Assembly (NCBI GenBank): GCA_004376485.1
Contig: SOJT01000095.1
Coordinates: 1-26,222, forward strand
Source: Candidatus Aerophobota bacterium
GTDB taxonomy: Bacteria; Aerophobota; Aerophobia; Aerophobales; AE-B3A
Direction of reading: 5' to 3'
DNA: 26,222 nt
Shown here: piece after piece, positions 24,143 through 26,222 of the stretch
Position numbering within the stretch: the stretch's first letter is position 1
Layout of the letters: the number at the start of each line of letters is the position of its first letter
Translations under genes and position numbers: made by a program
Notes under the pieces: generated by a model
Databases searched by the model: none
The model's input: the letters and a program-made list of their open reading frames with translations, nothing else
Told to the model about the DNA's origin: nothing

Positions 24143-25396
24143 ATGTCTCATATCAAAGAAGAAGCTCTTGCCTCTCGGGGTGAGGGTAGGATTGAGTGGG
24201 CATATTCTATGATGCCGGTAGTAAGAGGGATTGGGAAAAGATTCTCCCGGGAGAAGCCCTTAAAGGGGGTAAGGATCGCTGCCTGTCTTCATGTTACCTC
24301 GGAAACAGCCAATCTTATGAGAGCATTGAAAGAAGGAGGGGCTGATATCCGCCTCTGCGCTTCTAATCCCCTCTCTACTCAGGATGAAGTGGCAGCTTGT
24401 CTGGTTCGGGACTGCGGCATCGAGGTTTTTGCCATCTGGGGAGAAGATAGGAAGACCTATTATCAGCACATTCAAAGTACCTTAGAGATAAATCCTCATC
24501 TGACCATGGATGATGGGGCAGATCTAATCTTTACCATACATTCAGAAAGATCCGATCTGGCTTCAAACGTAGTGGGAGGAACGGAGGAGACAACAACCGG
24601 AGTCATGAGACTGCGCAGTATGGCTGATGAAAATGTTCTGAGATACCCCGTTATTGCTGTGAATGACGCCGCTACCAAACATTTGTTTGACAACCGATAC
24701 GGAACCGGGCAATCCACCATTGATGGTATCCTTCGGGCTACCAATATTCTTTTGGCCGGCTCTTCTTTTGTTGTTTGCGGCTACGGCTGGTGTGGAAGGG
24801 GAATAGCCATGAGAGCCAGGGGTATGGGGGCTAAGGTGGTGGTGTGCGAAGTAGATCCCTTAAGGGCTCTGGAAGCTACTATGGATGGTTATCCAGTTAT
24901 GCCCTTATCAGAAATCTTATCACAGGGGGATGTTTTTGTTACCAGCACTGGTGACAGATGGGTGATTGACAGGCAGCATTTTGAGTTGATGAAGGATGGA
25001 GCTATTCTGGCTAATGCCGGCCATTTCAATGTGGAAATCAACCTCGAAGGACTAGAGGCACTCGCCGCTAAAAAAAGAAAGATAAGGGAGAATATAGAAG
25101 AATATACTCTTGAGGATGGCCGGCGGATTAACCTTCTCGGGGAAGGAAGGCTGGTTAATCTGGCCGCCGCTGAAGGGCATCCTTCCATGGTTATGGATAT
25201 GAGTTTTGCCAATCAAGCTCTATCGTGTGAGTATCTGGTTAGAGAAGGGAAAACACTAGAGAACAAGGTTTACCGGGTTCCTCAGAATATCGACCAAAAA
25301 ATTGCCGAGCTTAAACTCCGTAGCATGGGAATCAAAATAGATAAACTCACTCCAGAGCAGAGAAAATATCTTTCCTCTTGGAAGATGGGGACTTAA
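24143..25396 (+). CDS. ahcY: Adenosylhomocysteinase (SAH hydrolase)
   Basis: [61 protein letters not shown]...GHP...MDMSFANQ. Confidence 0.97.
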   Translation: MSHIKEEALASRGEGRIEWAYSMMPVVRGIGKRFSREKPLKGVRIAACLHVTSETANLMRALKEGGADIRLCASNPLSTQDEVAACLVRDCGIEVFAIWGEDRKTYYQHIQSTLEINPHLTMDDGADLIFTIHSERSDLASNVVGGTEETTTGVMRLRSMADENVLRYPVIAVNDAATKHLFDNRYGTGQSTIDGILRATNILLAGSSFVVCGYGWCGRGIAMRARGMGAKVVVCEVDPLRALEATMDGYPVMPLSEILSQGDVFVTSTGDRWVIDRQHFELMKDGAILANAGHFNVEINLEGLEALAAKKRKIRENIEEYTLEDGRRINLLGEGRLVNLAAAEGHPSMVMDMSFANQALSCEYLVREGKTLENKVYRVPQNIDQKIAELKLRSMGIKIDKLTPEQRKYLSSWKMGT

Positions 25397-25407
25397 AGGA
25401 GAGTAAA

Positions 25408-25749
25408 ATGATGGCTGTGATAGAAACAGGAGGTAAGCAGTACGAAGTTATTCCAGGATCCATAATAGAAGTAGAAAAACTTACTGCCAAGGAAGGCGAG
25501 GAGCTCATACTGGATAAAGTTTTGATGGTAGATGAGGACGGCAAGACTCATTTTGGCAGGCCCTGGGTGAGGGGGGCACAGGTGGTTGCTGAAGTCCTGG
25601 GACAGGACAAAGCTGATAAGATCGTGGTCTATAAATTCAAGCGCCGCAAGGGATACCATCGCAGGTACGGTCATCGCCAACTCATAACCAGGGTCAAAAT
25701 AAAGGAAATTCAGCTCCAGAAACCTTCCAAACCCCAAAAAGTTTCTTGA
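25408..25749 (+). CDS. rplU: 50S ribosomal protein L21
   Basis: AVIETGGKQY, GRPWV.GA.V, KIVVYKFKRRKGYHRRYGHRQ; start moved from 25378 to ATG 25408 after AAGGAG. Confidence 0.96.
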   Translation: MMAVIETGGKQYEVIPGSIIEVEKLTAKEGEELILDKVLMVDEDGKTHFGRPWVRGAQVVAEVLGQDKADKIVVYKFKRRKGYHRRYGHRQLITRVKIKEIQLQKPSKPQKVS

Positions 25750-25763
25750 TCCTCCATTAATTC

Positions 25764-25856
25764 GGAGAGGTGGCTGAGTGGTCTAAAGCGGTTGATTCGA
25801 AATCAACTGAGTGCCTTAGCGGTGCTCCGTGGGTTCAAATCCCACCCTCTCCGCCA
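25764..25856 (+). tRNA. tRNA-Ser(CGA)
   Basis: Acceptor GGAGAGG/CCTCTCC, discriminator G, encoded CCA; anticodon arm GTTGA-TTCGAAA-TCAAC (CGA at 25798-25800); long variable arm; T-arm GTGGG-TTCAAAT-CCCAC. Confidence 0.97.
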
Positions 25857-25895
25857 GTGCAACCAATTTGAACTTTTGTACCTATCATCATCCAA

Positions 25896-25982
25896 CAAAA
25901 AAACATCTCTCGGTACGAAACCGGGGCATCGCTACCATCCATACGAACTCTAATCAAAATCGCCAAAGCTCTCAAAAAACCT
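25896..25982 (+). pseudogene. 5'-truncated XRE/Cro-C1 (HTH_3) regulator fragment QKNISRYETGASLPSIRTLIKIAKALKKP
   Basis: Matches the XRE pattern ISxYExG...PS...L.KIA.AL; in-frame stop at 25869-25871 and no start codon upstream of it. Confidence 0.7.
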
Positions 25983-25990
25983 ACTAAAGT

Positions 25991-26050
25991 GCCGAACCAA
26001 GCAAATGCAGCCGACGCAGTAAACTACCCGGCTGATTTGCGGCGTTATCT
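25991..26050 (+). mobile_element. Integron attC-like recombination site (60 bp)
   Basis: R'' GCCGAAC (25991-25997) and R' GTTATCT (26044-26050); arms GCAAAT[G]CAGCCG / CGGCTGATTTGC pair perfectly except one extrahelical G (26007); unpaired spacer CAA/GGC next to AAC/GTT. Confidence 0.75.
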
Positions 26051-26082
26051 TCACAGACGTATCAAATACGCGAAAAATGTAC

Positions 26083-26111
26083 TTGACAAATATGTATTAA
26101 TGATGCATAAT
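26083..26111 (+). promoter_or_regulatory. sigma70-type promoter TTGACA-N17-CATAAT for the antitoxin gene
   Basis: Perfect -35, 5/6 -10, 17-bp spacer, 38 nt upstream of the ATG. Confidence 0.75.
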
Positions 26112-26118
26112 GATGCAT
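26099..26118. repeat. Tandem 10-bp direct repeat (AATGATGCAT)x2 over the -10 box; probable operator
   Basis: Two perfect copies, each ending in the palindrome ATGCAT; a further TGCAT at 26126-26130. Confidence 0.65.
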
Positions 26119-26149
26119 GTATTATTGCATATATTTGGAGGTGTGGACC

Positions 26150-26222
26150 ATGAGAACAACCTTGAACATTGAAGACAAACTGATTGATAAAGCTTCGAAG
26201 TTGACGGGTGTCAAAGAGAAGA
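26150..26222 (+). CDS. vapB: Type II toxin-antitoxin VapB-family (RHH) antitoxin, 5' part only
   Basis: GGAGGT RBS; MRTTLNIEDKLIDKASKLTGVKEK fits the MRTTL.IDD.L...A..LTG..EK antitoxin pattern; cut by the window end. Confidence 0.8.
   Translation, partial: MRTTLNIEDKLIDKASKLTGVKEK

Noticed and set aside
20045-25737. Antisense ORFs over murB, ddl, ftsQ, ftsA, ahcY and rplU (e.g. 20045-20560, 23418-23708, 24889-25212, 25393-25737)
   Set aside because: Shadows of conserved housekeeping genes with no independent evidence.
25830-26222. Prophage/ICE att duplication of the tRNA 3' end
   Set aside because: No second copy and no integrase within the window; cannot be assessed beyond the edge.
1-26222. 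CRISPR array, rRNA, selenocysteine recoding
   Set aside because: No regularly spaced repeats, no rRNA-like segment, and no in-frame TGA interrupting an otherwise intact gene were seen.

Overview
Bacterial window with every intact gene on the + strand, in three blocks. (1) 1-19606 is an accessory carbohydrate/polyol uptake and catabolism region. It holds two paralogous CUT1-type ABC importers, each with a substrate-binding protein, two permeases, two different ATPases and a ~55-aa GlpU/DUF2160-like membrane protein that the ORF track misses. It also encodes a membrane-fused spermidine-synthase-like/TPR protein, an AOR-family tungsten/molybdenum oxidoreductase with MoaD, an acetoacetate-decarboxylase-family protein and a glycerol-dehydrogenase-family protein. 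(2) 19991-25856 is housekeeping: a split dcw block (murB-ddl-ftsQ-ftsA, no ftsZ) bounded by a frameshifted transposase remnant and a pdxA remnant, then ahcY-rplU-tRNA-Ser(CGA). (3) 25857-26222 is the edge of a probable cassette region: an XRE-HTH fragment, a 60-bp integron attC-like site, and a VapB-type antitoxin gene with its own promoter, cut by the window end. The most notable observations are the attC site with no integrase at the canonical position, a 33/34-bp repeat with gene stubs suggesting reciprocal loss from a duplicated dehydrogenase-AOR pair, complementary degeneracy that would disable one ATP site of importer 1, and orphan Shine-Dalgarno plus hairpin flanks on both binding-protein genes. 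All family calls come from motif recognition by eye; no searches were run. The gene style is reminiscent of anaerobic candidate-phylum genomes such as Ca. Aerophobetes, but that is a guess.
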